Shown here in pieces: positions 31,157 to 43,535 of a stretch of DNA of 64,000 bases (positions are counted from its first letter, which is position 1; each line of letters opens with the position of its first letter). The translations under genes were made by a program, and so were the position numbers. The notes under the pieces are model-generated. The model ran no database searches, was not told the DNA's origin, and saw only the letters and a program-made list of their open reading frames with translations. This stretch comes from Escherichia coli (GTDB lineage Bacteria; Pseudomonadota; Gammaproteobacteria; Enterobacterales; Enterobacteriaceae), in assembly GCF_044324875.1 (NCBI RefSeq), contig NZ_CP172185.1; one strand, written 5' to 3'.

Positions 31157-32231
31157 GCCTTGCTGATAACAGCCAGACTCTTGGTTTTCGTGCTCTGATG
31201 GGAGGCTTCAGTCGTGGAACTTCACGAGACGAACTATTGACCAATGAAGGTATGTCGGAACATCTCTGGGAAATGTTCTTCGGGCTAATCAAGCAAAGAA
31301 TGTCCCGATAATTTGCCATATCACAGTCGGGCATACTGCCCGATTTTTGTGCTGTCATTATTGGCAATATCTCAATAGGCGTTGAGAAATGGTGCAATTT
31401 AATCTTGCCAGAGCGCTGTTACTTGGGGACGAAATTAATGGGCTCCTGCTGTAGTTACATCAACGCCTGTCTATACAAAAACAGGCGTAGCAAATTCATG
31501 CAGGCAAATACGTTTTCTTAAGCGGCACCAATAGCTTAGTCTCTATATCCACTTGCTCATAGTTTTCCACTAACGCGCGTACCAAATCATCCAGCGTCCA
31601 TAGCGTCAACGGGATTGTAGAACGATCGGCCTCATAACGCGCATCCTTGCTGAATCCGCCGGTACTAACATACAGCCCGCGATCGTCTTTATGGCGGCCA
31701 CCGATAAAGCTACGGATTTGCTGGCTGCTCATCTGTTCCCGCCGGTGCTTCACCTCAACAATAATGCGCGGATTTTCAAACCCAAATCCGTCAGGGGAAG
31801 CAATGATATCTTTCCCACGGTCAGCACCCGCAGGCGATACCTGAGTTTTATATCCCATGCTACGTAATACGCCAGCGACCAGATTCTGCATCTCATCCCA
31901 GTCGAGACGGTTGATACGATCCTTGATGCCTTCAAAAGCAATCATTTCCATGTCGCGCAGAGGATTAGAAACAACCTCATCCTCTTCACCTGAAACAGGT
32001 ACTTCCGGCACGACATCTGAGACAGGCTTTTTGCCCTGCACTAATTCATTCACGGCAAAATCAGGCACCTGAAAAACTGTCAGCGTTGAGCCAAGGGTGT
32101 TTCTGGTTGCATCACTCAGACTATCGCGCTTAATCTCTTCCGTATTCCACTTCACTTTACGGGCGATGCCCATGCCATCTTCAAGCCACTCGGCATGAAA
32201 CTCAAAATCTGAGGCAATTTTCCCTATTAAA

Positions 32232-33515
<1,284 letters not shown>

Positions 33516-33893
33516 TCCGATTAGAAGGTGAATAAGTGATAGCCCAATCGCCTTTCTGCATTTCATTCACAAAGCGCCAAACCTGAGAAGCACCAGAGCG
33601 AACTGTGCCTGGCTTAGTCTGTGGCTCAAGCTCCTGATACCGGATAAACAACTGCTCTCTTGAGCATCCAGGTTTCACATAGGGAGCGAGCTGCGACCAA
33701 CCAATTGCAACAACCTGTTTGTCTCTGAAGTCGTCGTACAATTTTCCGCCATCACCGCGGATCATCCACATCTTAGTCGCCACAATAATTCCTTCTGAAA
33801 ATACTTCATCGTTATACCGGGACGTGATCATTCCATTCAGCCACCTTATCCAGGGGAAAAACACCGATAAGATGGCTAATCAAAATGTCTGTT

Positions 33894-36800
33894 CTAAACC
33901 TGACGCCTATCAAGACTATTATAAATAGCCTCAATCTCACCTTTCAGGTTATCACCAGAGTAAACCATCGATGTATCGTATCGTTCATATCGCGCTTCCC
34001 GTGTCGCACTAAACCAGTTGAACGATCCCACGCATAGCAAACCATCATCACCAATAACAATTTTGCTATGAACACGGTTTACCAGCTTTGTAGCAATACC
34101 CAGCGCATTCAGTTTCTCCAGCGCCGCTTTAAGGTTCTGCTGCTTCTCTTTTCGCTTCTCAAAATCTTTATGTTCAGTGTTATAGCTTCTGTCAGTGACT
34201 ATCGTGACGTTAATTCCACGTGAACACGCCGCAATCATGGAATCAAGAAAACCCGTTTGCTCCAGCTTTTGCCAGGTCAGCCATGGAGAAACTATCGTGA
34301 TGTGTTTATCGGTATTTTCAAACGTCTGATTCAGGAAATTATCATGCTGCTCCACACCATGGAGTGTGTAGATTTTGGTCTCGGAAGTTTTTAAATCCTT
34401 ACGCTCTTTATAATCAAAAGAGAGCGCATTCTTCTCGGACTCAAAGAGATATTTTGCCAGTAATCCCCGCGGAGATGAGGCTGGCTGGATCTCAAACAGG
34501 TCCATATCGCCGAAGACCAGGAAACTGTCCTTCGCACGGGAGACAGCAACGTTCAGCATGCTGTTATCGCTATCAATAAACCCGCCATCCTCATGCTTTG
34601 AATAGACTGGCGAGAATATAACAATCGCTCTTTCCGCCCCCTGAAGAGAATGCACGGTGCCCACGGTGAGCGACGTTTCATTCGCGCCTGTACTGATGCC
34701 TTGTTTACCCAGCGCCTGTTTGATAGTCGATACCTGCGCGCTAAAAGGCGTCACGATACCGACAACTTCATGAAGCGATTTGCCGTAATGCGCTTCAATA
34801 TCTTGCTGGTTATCTGTCAGCCAGGCAGCTATCGTTTCAGCCTCAAGCAAATTATATCGACTTCCGCTACTTGCCAGCGCTCCTTTACCATCAATATGGA
34901 GATAACCCATTGCGGGCATTAAATTGCTCTCTTCACGCCCTCTTTTAGGCAACAACTTACCGTGATAGCAGAGCGTATTACAGTATCCAATAATATTATC
35001 GAAGCACCGGCGGTGTTCATATAGGTACATACCACGAGCCAGTTCGGGATCATATTGATAGCGCGAAGCAAACTGAGCTATTTTCATAACGCTGCCAGAT
35101 GCGGCACTTTTACCAAGGTCTGCGATTGCCGTATATTTCTCGGTAATCTCTTCTTGCGTACTGCCAGACAGAATTTTTTCCGCCAGCATGTTACCGATAT
35201 CAATCGCAGGAGCAATACTCCATATTGGCGGGATCTGCTCCGTATCGCCAATCACTAATGCCTTCTTAGCTAATGCAAACGAGGCAGCAGCCACTTCAGG
35301 AAGCACCTGTCCGGCTTCATCGACAATGAGTAAATCGGCAAAATCATACAAATAACTTTTCTCGAATTTACGTTGTCCTTTGTGCTCACTTATCTGCATA
35401 TTGCCGGGCAGCATATAGCATGTCATCACCACACATGGAATGAGTTTCATTCGACGTTGCCAACGGGCAGTTACTCCTTTAGCGCCTTTTTTCTTCTTCT
35501 CTTCCTGCAGATCATCAATTCTGGCCATATCCATCAGCCAACGACCTTCCCAGTAGTGAGTCGTCAGTAAAAATGCAGGGAAGCGAATCTGCGTATCAGC
35601 CAGTTCATCGGCCTGTGAGAAGCTCAGTTCCTCGTCGCCCTCATACCCTAAATCAAGTGTCAGCCTCTGCCACTCCTGAACCGCCTGCTGTTCTTTAAGA
35701 ACGATTTCATGGGCGGAGTCAATCTGCTTCCGGTATGTTGTTTGCTCGCGTTCAGCGGAATTGAGCAGCCCATCAATATTACGTTCGATAGTTTCAGGAT
35801 CAGACCACTGATTTCCTGCAATCAGCGCGCCTAATTTATCTTCGAGAAACAGCTGTATTTGGTACTGTCGCTTATTGCGAACCGCCGGGAGCCAGGAAAA
35901 TAATGAATAGATCAGTGATTCACCGGCGCGATATTTTTTCCATTCCGTTTTAGCACTCTTCAGTAGAGTAACTTTTTGTTCTTGCCCGGAGAGTAATTTA
36001 TTTAAATTATCGAGATATTGCTCAATGTTATCAGCAATAAGCTCACGCGCCGCCCGAACCTGGCTTAACGTTTGCCATGTTGCGTTCAGTCTTATCAGTT
36101 GCTCGGATTTTGCTGCCAACTGACCATGCAGGAGTTCAATGACCTTTTCAGGGGATGAACACTCTTTTTCAGGAAAGGCTGCCTTAGCCTTCTCCAGATA
36201 AAACAGCAGTGCATCCTCTACATACTCTTTTGACTCAACCTGGTTGAAGAAATCTTCAGTTTGATATTTTTTGGCGGCCTCAGCTTTACGAGTGCTTGAG
36301 GGAAAATAAGCGCCGAAGCTTTTCAGCTCTGGCAACCATCGTCCGGCCATCGCACCGGTGCCCTGGGAAAAATCTTTCCCGAACGCCTCGATAATGTTCG
36401 TGACAGCCTGGTTATTCGTTGAGGTCGCGATAATGACCGGAGGCTCAGATTTTTCGAGAGCCGCTCGGGCCCACTGCGTGGCGATGATAGAAAGCACCAG
36501 CGTGGTTTTTCCGGTTCCCGGAGGGCCATTAACAGCAAGGATATCGCCATGTCTGGCATCCAGAAAATGGCTTAAGGCATCGCGCTGAGCCTTTGCCAGC
36601 GGAAACTTATCTCCGGAGTGTCCAAGCCTGTCGCTGAATTTTGCTCCTGGGGCCAGCAAAGACTCTGCAGCATGAACCTCTCGCGAGGCGAAGCGATTGA
36701 AGAGTGGCACATCCTTCTTGCAAACAAGCAGGTGATCATAAAGCGAAAGGATATGGAAACTGGCACCGCCAGATTGCGCCGTTTTAACAATATAACCGTG

Positions 36801-37409
36801 CTCAGCGAGTTCATATTGCTCAGGATTTTTAATCCAGTCGCCGGCAACGTTCTTCAGCAGCCTCTCTGAATCATCCAGATATTGACGCCAATCCTGCTGC
36901 AAGGCTGCATATCGTGCTTCCCGTTCTTCATCCGTTTCGGCAGTGTTATCAACGCTGTCATCAAACTTGATAGAGAATGACGTATGTGTCGTTTTATATT
37001 TGTCATACTGCTCAATCTCACCAATCGAAAATGCCCCTTTTGGCAAAGGTTCAAGCAGGTCTCTGGGAATGGAGGTCGCTGGCGTCGGGTATAAAAAACC
37101 CTCACGGCTTAGCAAGGCTGGCGTCACTAGCGGGGTAACAATATCAGGCACGCCTGCGGAACGGTCCTTACCATGCTGCAGTAACCGAAAATAAACTTTT
37201 GGGCGCAAGACGACATCGACCGTTTCGACATCGTCTTTTTCTCCCTCAAAAAATTTACTGACAATCGCTTCGTCAAGACGTCCCGCCGCTATCCCATGCC
37301 AGTGAGTGAAATTTTGGGCGTCTTTCCGTTCAAAGCTGCCCTTTCCTGACTCAGCATCCGCAAGCGAGTTGCGCCAGTATGAGGCAAACCCTAAAGCATT
37401 TTCATCCAT
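33894..37409 (-). CDS. SF1 (Upf1/DNA2-like) helicase fused to a C-terminal PLD-family (HKD) nuclease domain; Mokosh type II-like single-protein defence candidate
   Basis: 1171 aa; Walker [11 protein letters not shown], Walker [10 protein letters not shown], motif [19 protein letters not shown]; C-terminal [19 protein letters not shown] (HxK-x4-D-x6-GSxN). Confidence 0.8.
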   Translation of the reverse strand: MDENALGFASYWRNSLADAESGKGSFERKDAQNFTHWHGIAAGRLDEAIVSKFFEGEKDDVETVDVVLRPKVYFRLLQHGKDRSAGVPDIVTPLVTPALLSREGFLYPTPATSIPRDLLEPLPKGAFSIGEIEQYDKYKTTHTSFSIKFDDSVDNTAETDEEREARYAALQQDWRQYLDDSERLLKNVAGDWIKNPEQYELAEHGYIVKTAQSGGASFHILSLYDHLLVCKKDVPLFNRFASREVHAAESLLAPGAKFSDRLGHSGDKFPLAKAQRDALSHFLDARHGDILAVNGPPGTGKTTLVLSIIATQWARAALEKSEPPVIIATSTNNQAVTNIIEAFGKDFSQGTGAMAGRWLPELKSFGAYFPSSTRKAEAAKKYQTEDFFNQVESKEYVEDALLFYLEKAKAAFPEKECSSPEKVIELLHGQLAAKSEQLIRLNATWQTLSQVRAARELIADNIEQYLDNLNKLLSGQEQKVTLLKSAKTEWKKYRAGESLIYSLFSWLPAVRNKRQYQIQLFLEDKLGALIAGNQWSDPETIERNIDGLLNSAEREQTTYRKQIDSAHEIVLKEQQAVQEWQRLTLDLGYEGDEELSFSQADELADTQIRFPAFLLTTHYWEGRWLMDMARIDDLQEEKKKKGAKGVTARWQRRMKLIPCVVMTCYMLPGNMQISEHKGQRKFEKSYLYDFADLLIVDEAGQVLPEVAAASFALAKKALVIGDTEQIPPIWSIAPAIDIGNMLAEKILSGSTQEEITEKYTAIADLGKSAASGSVMKIAQFASRYQYDPELARGMYLYEHRRCFDNIIGYCNTLCYHGKLLPKRGREESNLMPAMGYLHIDGKGALASSGSRYNLLEAETIAAWLTDNQQDIEAHYGKSLHEVVGIVTPFSAQVSTIKQALGKQGISTGANETSLTVGTVHSLQGAERAIVIFSPVYSKHEDGGFIDSDNSMLNVAVSRAKDSFLVFGDMDLFEIQPASSPRGLLAKYLFESEKNALSFDYKERKDLKTSETKIYTLHGVEQHDNFLNQTFENTDKHITIVSPWLTWQKLEQTGFLDSMIAACSRGINVTIVTDRSYNTEHKDFEKRKEKQQNLKAALEKLNALGIATKLVNRVHSKIVIGDDGLLCVGSFNWFSATREARYERYDTSMVYSGDNLKGEIEAIYNSLDRRQV

Positions 37410-37734
37410 TACCAGTCCTATGACTCAATGAAATCCATTGATTTATCGAATATAAAATCACCGTATGGATAACTATTGTCCACGTTGAAAGGCTGGCTGC
37501 AATGTTTTGTTCACGCTTCGATACAAATACTCAGGTTATACGGAGTTCAGAAAACGACCATATCATGCTGCATGGCACATAAAAGCTTTATAACCGAAGC
37601 AGCAAAGGATTACCGGCTGCGCAGCACGCCACGAAAGCCCGTGAGCTCTACTGGACAGCGTTCAGTGCAATATTGGAGTCTGTAAGTCCAGAAAATATCA
37701 CTGTCGAAGATGGTTCTGTATGTAGGTGCGCCAG

Positions 37735-38112
37735 CTATTGTTTTGTCCGATGCTTGCGAATAAAAGCATTCAAAATGTCGCCTTCACCATGCATGACAGA
37801 AAAAGAATATTCACATTCTTTCTTTATCAAGATTCCACATAATTCCTTGTGCAAATCTACATTAACTCCCTTTCCTTTCTGTGCTTTCTTCACACCGAGC
37901 TCACATGAACTGATTAATTCAACGTTACAGGGTTTCTTCAAATAATTCACACCATCAATTAAGCCCTGGAGAATGCATCTATTTGCGGTCGTATTACTGT
38001 AGGAGAAGGTCAGATATTTTATTTTCCCTTCACATTCCAGCACAACTTCCGCCGAACCTTCACGTGTTGCAGCATCACAACTTCCTGTTGAATATATTTT
38101 CACCATCTTCAT
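37735..38112 (-). CDS. Small RNase H-like fold protein with apparently substituted catalytic residues
   Basis: 125 aa; VKIYSTGSC, NRCILQG, VNVDLHKEL align by eye to the RNase HI blocks FTDGSC, NRMELMA, KNVDLWQRL, but the D10/E48/D70 positions read T/I-C/S. Confidence 0.45.
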   Translation of the reverse strand: MKMVKIYSTGSCDAATREGSAEVVLECEGKIKYLTFSYSNTTANRCILQGLIDGVNYLKKPCNVELISSCELGVKKAQKGKGVNVDLHKELCGILIKKECEYSFSVMHGEGDILNAFIRKHRTKQ

Positions 38113-38180
38113 TTTGTACCTTTCCCCTTACCAAACGAATCATGACATCCTATATCAAAGGCATTCTCGTCAAAACTTTA

Positions 38181-38960
38181 CTATCTCAGTAAATTCTCCC
38201 GATGCCACTCCAGATAACAATACGATTCAACAGAAAACGCCTTTATTTTCTCCGGCAACAAACATTGCTCTTTAACGCTAATATCCAGCTCCTTACTAAT
38301 TAATAAATGCCCATCGTTCTCAAACGAAATCCATCCCTGATCGAATAGAATATCAATATGCGCAGCCAATATAATTCCATTAAAAGGATCAAGACGTTCA
38401 TTTCCATTCTCGCAGGCAGCCCACGGCTTTATATGGCTGGCACGCAGTAAAGGTGCAAAAGTCGTTCCCGTAACAGGGCATGCCGGATACAACATGAGAC
38501 AATTTTTCCGAAAGGTACCTTGCCCCAGCCGTGCCGCAATCAGCTGCTCGCGTACGGTATCTTCAATACTTTTATCCTGCTGAATAGCAAGACAGTCACG
38601 TTGTGCCTGTTCATCTCTATCAGTCGATATTAACGAAAGAACGCGCTGCTCAATTGCACTATCAGAAAGCACACTCAATCGCTGATGAACACGCTGCGCT
38701 GAATGAGAAAGCGCAGCAGGAGCACCCTGCTCGTCACGCCAACCGACACGCACATCACTAAGCCAGGAATCAAAACGGTCACGACTATTTTTCAGACTAT
38801 TGTGAAACTCGCTGGCAGTTTTGCCCGCTCCAAATCGAGGATAAAACAAGGCAAAAGCCTCTTTCCATTTCTGAACACCCAGTCCTGCGGGTGGTTGAGA
38901 GTTACCATACTTCGACAAATACCACGCCACTTCAAGCAAATCGTCTTCAGAGCTATTCAA
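38181..38960 (-). CDS. HNH-family nuclease with N-terminal domain of unknown function
   Basis: 259 aa; C-terminal CPVTG...LLRASHIKPW...NERLDPFNGIILAAHIDILFDQG resembles the HNH_2-type endonuclease motif. Confidence 0.7.
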   Translation of the reverse strand: MNSSEDDLLEVAWYLSKYGNSQPPAGLGVQKWKEAFALFYPRFGAGKTASEFHNSLKNSRDRFDSWLSDVRVGWRDEQGAPAALSHSAQRVHQRLSVLSDSAIEQRVLSLISTDRDEQAQRDCLAIQQDKSIEDTVREQLIAARLGQGTFRKNCLMLYPACPVTGTTFAPLLRASHIKPWAACENGNERLDPFNGIILAAHIDILFDQGWISFENDGHLLISKELDISVKEQCLLPEKIKAFSVESYCYLEWHRENLLR

Positions 38961-39323
38961 TATTACGTCCTGTTTTTGCAGAGTAAATTATCACCAGATT
39001 ATATCTGAAAAAATCATTTACTAAACTGATCTGCTTACCTGCAAAACGGTACTGCAAACGCTAATACTCAGAACCATTAAAAGGAACAAGCAGGTGCATA
39101 CCGCTGCCATCGGTCAGTTTGTACTGCTTATCCGTTGGCCTGGCTGTTCTGACCTTGATATCTGTTAACGCCATGCTTATCCCCTCCCTGTTGGTACAAG
39201 CATTATCGAACCGGAAATACCATCATCTGTACCAACATGTGTTGGTAGATGTACGTTGATATCGGTTGACCTTGAGAGAGTTAATATAGCGAAAAAGGTA
39301 GGTAACTGCTGGATTTCAGGCAT

Positions 39324-39347
39324 AAAAAAAGACCTCAGTTGAGGTCT
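39324..39347 (-). terminator. Rho-independent terminator directly downstream of leuX
   Basis: On the - strand: stem agacctca-act-gaggtct followed by a T-run. Confidence 0.5.
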
Positions 39348-39360
39348 ATTTACATACTTT

Positions 39361-39445
39361 TGGTGCCGAAGGCCGGACTCGAACCGGCACGTATTTCTAC
39401 GGTTGATTTTGAATCAACTGCGTCTACCGATTTCGCCACTTCGGC
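39361..39445 (-). tRNA. leuX: tRNA-Leu (anticodon CAA), leuX
   Basis: 85-nt sequence GCCGAAGTGGCGAAATCGG...ATTCAAAAT...GGTTCGAGTCCGGCCTTCGGCACCA on the - strand; anticodon loop contains CAA; encoded CCA end. Confidence 0.9.
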
Positions 39446-39640
39446 ACTGAAGAGGTATGCGGAAAACGTTGTGGATTATACCTGTCGCACGCCACCATGC
39501 AAGCGCCAGCTTGCTCGCACCTCGCTAAGTGCTGAAATTTTCAGCATTGCATACAGCGATGTGTAACCTTTGTCACACTCCAGGCACCCCGCCCTGCCAT
39601 GCTCTACACTTCCCAGACAACACCAGAGAAGGACTAAAAA

Positions 39641-40660
39641 ATGTCGATGATAAAAAGCTATGCCGCAAAAGAAGCGGGCGGCGAACTGGAACTTTATGAG
39701 TACGATCCCGGTGAATTGAAGCCACAAGATGTTGAAGTGCAGGTGGATTACTGCGGGATCTGCCATTCCGATCTGTCGATGATCGACAACGAATGGGGAT
39801 TTTCACAATATCCGCTGGTTGCCGGGCATGAGGTGATTGGGCGCGTGGTGGCGCTCGGGAGCGCCGCGCAGGATAAAGGTTTGCAGGTCGGTCAGCGTGT
39901 CGGGATTGGCTGGACGGCACGCAGCTGCGGGCATTGCGATGCCTGTATTAGCGGTAATCAGATCAACTGCGAGCAAGGTGCGGTGCCAACAATTATGAAT
40001 CGCGGCGGTTTTGCCGAGAAGTTGCGTGCGGACTGGCAATGGGTGATTCCGCTGCCAGAAAATATTGATATCGAGTCTGCCGGGCCGCTGTTGTGCGGCG
40101 GTATCACGGTCTTTAAACCACTGTTGATGCACCATATCACTGCCACCAGCCGCGTTGGGGTAATTGGTATTGGCGGGCTGGGGCATATCGCTATAAAACT
40201 TCTGCACGCAATGGGATGCGAGGTGACAGCCTTTAGTTCGAATCCGGCGAAAGAGCAGGAAGTGCTGGCGATGGGTGCCGATAAAGTGGTGAATAGCCGC
40301 GATCCGCAGGCACTGAGTGCCCTGGCAGGGCAGTTCGATCTCATTATCAACACCGTCAACGTCAGCCTCGACTGGCAGCCTTATTTTGAGGCGCTGACGT
40401 ATGGCGGTAATTTCCACACCGTCGGTGCGGTTCTCACGCCGCTGTCTGTTCCGGCCTTTACGTTAATTGCGGGCGATCGCAGTGTCTCAGGTTCGGCAAC
40501 CGGTACGCCTTATGAGCTGCGTAAGCTGATGCGCTTTGCCGCCCGCAGCAAGGTTGCGCCGACTACCGAACTGTTCCCGATGTCGAAAATTAACGACGCT
40601 ATCCAGCATGTACGCGATGGTAAAGCGCGCTACCGCGTGGTTCTGAAAGCCGACTTCTGA
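39641..40660 (+). CDS. ahr: NADPH-dependent aldehyde reductase Ahr (YjgB), zinc-dependent medium-chain dehydrogenase
   Basis: 339 aa; GHEVIGRV zinc-binding motif, GIGGLGH Rossmann motif; recognised as Ahr/YjgB. Confidence 0.9.
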   Translation: MSMIKSYAAKEAGGELELYEYDPGELKPQDVEVQVDYCGICHSDLSMIDNEWGFSQYPLVAGHEVIGRVVALGSAAQDKGLQVGQRVGIGWTARSCGHCDACISGNQINCEQGAVPTIMNRGGFAEKLRADWQWVIPLPENIDIESAGPLLCGGITVFKPLLMHHITATSRVGVIGIGGLGHIAIKLLHAMGCEVTAFSSNPAKEQEVLAMGADKVVNSRDPQALSALAGQFDLIINTVNVSLDWQPYFEALTYGGNFHTVGAVLTPLSVPAFTLIAGDRSVSGSATGTPYELRKLMRFAARSKVAPTTELFPMSKINDAIQHVRDGKARYRVVLKADF

Positions 40661-40789
40661 TCCCTTTGCCGGGTGCCTGTCGCCCGGCGTTTAAATCTCT
40701 TTGGAAGGCGTCTCGCAATCTGCTGAATTTAGCGGTGAAGAGTGCGCAGCCGTTGCCTATACTCCAGGCAGGAAACTGGAGGATATCTC

Positions 40790-42292
40790 ATGAGCGAACC
40801 CCTGTTAATTGCCCGCACGTCGGACACAGAACTGTTTTTATTGCCGGGAATGGCGAATCGTCACGGGCTGATTACTGGCGCAACGGGGACGGGTAAAACC
40901 GTTACGCTGCAAAAGCTGGCGGAGTCATTGTCGGAAATCGGTGTTCCGGTGTTTATGGCTGATGTGAAAGGTGATTTAACGGGAGTTGCGGAGGAAGGTA
41001 CATCTTCGGAAAAACTGCTCGCAAGGCTTAAAAATATCGGCGTAAATGACTGGCAACCTCATGCTAATCCGGTGGTGGTGTGGGATATCTTTGGCGAGAA
41101 AGGCCACCCAGTGCGGGCGACGGTTTCGGATTTGGGGCCTCTGTTGCTGGCGCGACTGTTGAATCTCAACGATGTGCAATCTGGCGTGCTGAATATTATC
41201 TTCCGCATTGCGGACGATCAGGGATTGTTGCTGCTCGACTTTAAAGATTTGCGGGCGATTACCCAGTACATCGGCGATAACGCCAAATCCTTCCAGAATC
41301 AGTACGGTAATATCAGTAGCGCATCGGTTGGTGCCATCCAGCGCGGGCTGTTATCGCTGGAACAGCAAGGCGCAGCACACTTCTTTGGTGAGCCGATGCT
41401 GGATATCAAAGACTGGATGCGTACCGATACCAACGGTAAAGGCGTTATCAATATCCTCAGCGCCGAGAAGCTTTATCAGATGCCGAAACTGTACGCCGCC
41501 AGCCTGCTGTGGATGCTTTCAGAATTGTATGAACAATTGCCTGAAGCGGGCGATCTGGAGAAACCTAAACTGGTGTTTTTCTTCGACGAAGCACATCTGC
41601 TGTTTAACGATGCGCCACAGGTACTACTGGATAAGATTGAGCAGGTGATAAGGCTTATTCGCTCAAAAGGCGTGGGCGTCTGGTTCGTTTCGCAAAACCC
41701 GTCAGATATTCCGGATAATGTGCTCGGGCAGCTAGGTAATCGCGTTCAACACGCTTTACGGGCTTTTACGCCCAAAGATCAGAAAGCAGTAAAAGCTGCG
41801 GCGCAAACCATGCGGGCCAATCCGGCGTTTGATACCGAAAAGGCAATCCAGGAACTGGGGACCGGCGAGGCGTTAATCTCGTTTCTCGATGCGAAAGGAA
41901 GCCCTTCAGTGGTGGAACGGGCGATGGTGATTGCCCCCTGTTCACGAATGGGGCCGGTGACGGAAGATGAGCGTAATGGCTTGATTAATCACTCTCCAGT
42001 GTATGGTAAGTACGAGGATGACGTGGACCGGGAATCCGCCTATGAGATGTTGCAAAAAGGCTTTCAGGCCAGTACCGAGCAGCAAAATAATCCTCCCGCG
42101 AAAGGGAAAGAGGTGGCGGTGGATGACGGTATTCTCGGTGGATTGAAGGATATTTTGTTTGGCACTACCGGACCACGCGGCGGGAAGAAAGATGGTGTGG
42201 TGCAAACAATGGCGAAAAGCGCCGCCCGCCAGGTGACGAATCAGATTGTGCGTGGGATGTTGGGGAGTTTGCTGGGGGGGAGAAAAAGGTAA
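40790..42292 (+). CDS. yjgR: P-loop ATPase YjgR (DUF853, HerA/FtsK-like)
   Basis: Start at [12 protein letters not shown]; Walker A GATGTGKT; 500 aa. Confidence 0.85.
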   Translation: MSEPLLIARTSDTELFLLPGMANRHGLITGATGTGKTVTLQKLAESLSEIGVPVFMADVKGDLTGVAEEGTSSEKLLARLKNIGVNDWQPHANPVVVWDIFGEKGHPVRATVSDLGPLLLARLLNLNDVQSGVLNIIFRIADDQGLLLLDFKDLRAITQYIGDNAKSFQNQYGNISSASVGAIQRGLLSLEQQGAAHFFGEPMLDIKDWMRTDTNGKGVINILSAEKLYQMPKLYAASLLWMLSELYEQLPEAGDLEKPKLVFFFDEAHLLFNDAPQVLLDKIEQVIRLIRSKGVGVWFVSQNPSDIPDNVLGQLGNRVQHALRAFTPKDQKAVKAAAQTMRANPAFDTEKAIQELGTGEALISFLDAKGSPSVVERAMVIAPCSRMGPVTEDERNGLINHSPVYGKYEDDVDRESAYEMLQKGFQASTEQQNNPPAKGKEVAVDDGILGGLKDILFGTTGPRGGKKDGVVQTMAKSAARQVTNQIVRGMLGSLLGGRKR

Positions 42293-42311
42293 GTCAGGTG
42301 CGATTTGTCTT

Positions 42312-42348
42312 TGCCTGATGCGACGCTGGCGCGCTTTATCATGCCTAC
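42312..42348. repeat. REP element downstream of yjgR
   Basis: gcctgatgcgacgctggcgcgctttatcatgcctaca matches the REP consensus. Confidence 0.5.
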
Positions 42349-42452
42349 ACTACTGCAATATATTGAATTTTCATGATTTTTCAGGCATGAACGAAGCACA
42401 CTTTGCTAACAATAATAAAGGGAGCTTTCGCTCCCTTTATTCGTTCATCAGG

Positions 42453-43535
42453 TTACGATTTTCTCATTAACAGCCACAGGCTGATTAAGAAGAAGCTGGC
42501 GCTTGGCAGCAACGCGCCGATAATCGGCGGGATGCCGTAAACCAACGTCAGCGGGCCGAAGATCTGGTCCAGTACGTAGAAGACAAAACCGAAGCTGATA
42601 CCGGTGACCACACGCACGCCCATCGGTACGCTACGCAGTGGGCCAAAGATAAACGACAGCGCCATCAGCATCATCACCGCCACGGATAGCGGCTGGAAGA
42701 TTTTGCTCCACATGTTGAGCTGATAACGTCCGGCATCCTGACCGCTCGACTTCAGATACTTCACATAGTTGTGCAAACCACTGATGGAGAGTGCATCCGG
42801 GTCCAGCGCCACCACGCCCAGTTTGTCTGGCGTGAGGTTGGTTTTCCAGGTGCCGCTCACCGTCTGCGAACCGGTGATCTGTTTCGGATTGGTCAGATCA
42901 GATTCATCAACCTGCGACAGACGCCAGACTTTATGTTCCGGGTCAAACTTCGCGGTAGCGGCATAGCGTACGGATTGCAGACGACGATTCTCGTTAAAGG
43001 CATAGATACTGATGCCACCTAACTCTTCGTCACCTTTAACCCGCTCAATGTAGACAAAGTTGTTGCCATCTTTCGCCCATAAGCCTTGCTGGGTAGAGAG
43101 CAACGAGCCGCCGTACATCGCCTGCGCACGGTAGTTACGCGCCATCTGCTCGCCCTGCGGCGCGACCCATTCGCCAATCGCCATCGTCAGCAAGACCAGC
43201 GGAATGGCGGTTTTCATCACCGACAGCGCTACCTGCATACGGGTAAAACCAGAAGCCTGCATCACCACCAGTTCGCTGCGCTGCGCCAGCATCCCAAGAC
43301 CAAGCAACGCCCCAAGCAGAGCCGCCATCGGGAAGAAGATTTGCACATCTTTCGGCACGCTCAGCAAGGTATACATTCCTGCGCCTAACGCGTCGTAACT
43401 CCCCTGCCCGGCTTTTTTCAGCTGATCGACAAACTTGATAATGCCCGACAGCGACACCAGCATGAACAGCGTCATCATGATGGTGGTAAAAATAGTTTTA
43501 CCGATATAGCGGTCAAGTACGCCAAAAGGTTGCAT
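42453..43535 (-). CDS. lptG: LPS export ABC transporter permease LptG
   Basis: 360 aa from MQPFGVLDRYIGK; start overlaps lptF stop. Confidence 0.9.
   Translation of the reverse strand: MQPFGVLDRYIGKTIFTTIMMTLFMLVSLSGIIKFVDQLKKAGQGSYDALGAGMYTLLSVPKDVQIFFPMAALLGALLGLGMLAQRSELVVMQASGFTRMQVALSVMKTAIPLVLLTMAIGEWVAPQGEQMARNYRAQAMYGGSLLSTQQGLWAKDGNNFVYIERVKGDEELGGISIYAFNENRRLQSVRYAATAKFDPEHKVWRLSQVDESDLTNPKQITGSQTVSGTWKTNLTPDKLGVVALDPDALSISGLHNYVKYLKSSGQDAGRYQLNMWSKIFQPLSVAVMMLMALSFIFGPLRSVPMGVRVVTGISFGFVFYVLDQIFGPLTLVYGIPPIIGALLPSASFFLISLWLLMRKS

Noticed and set aside
31084-31311. 75-aa + strand ORF overlapping the 3' end of the TIR gene
   Set aside because: Not called as a separate gene; could be a frameshifted continuation of the TIR ORF or spurious. 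Kept only as a note within the TIR finding.
38961-39360. Expected integrase adjacent to leuX
   Set aside because: No ORF of integrase size or tyrosine-recombinase motifs is present between the HNH gene and the tRNA; the interval is short and non-coding.
39803-40417. 204-aa - strand ORF
   Set aside because: Antisense to ahr.
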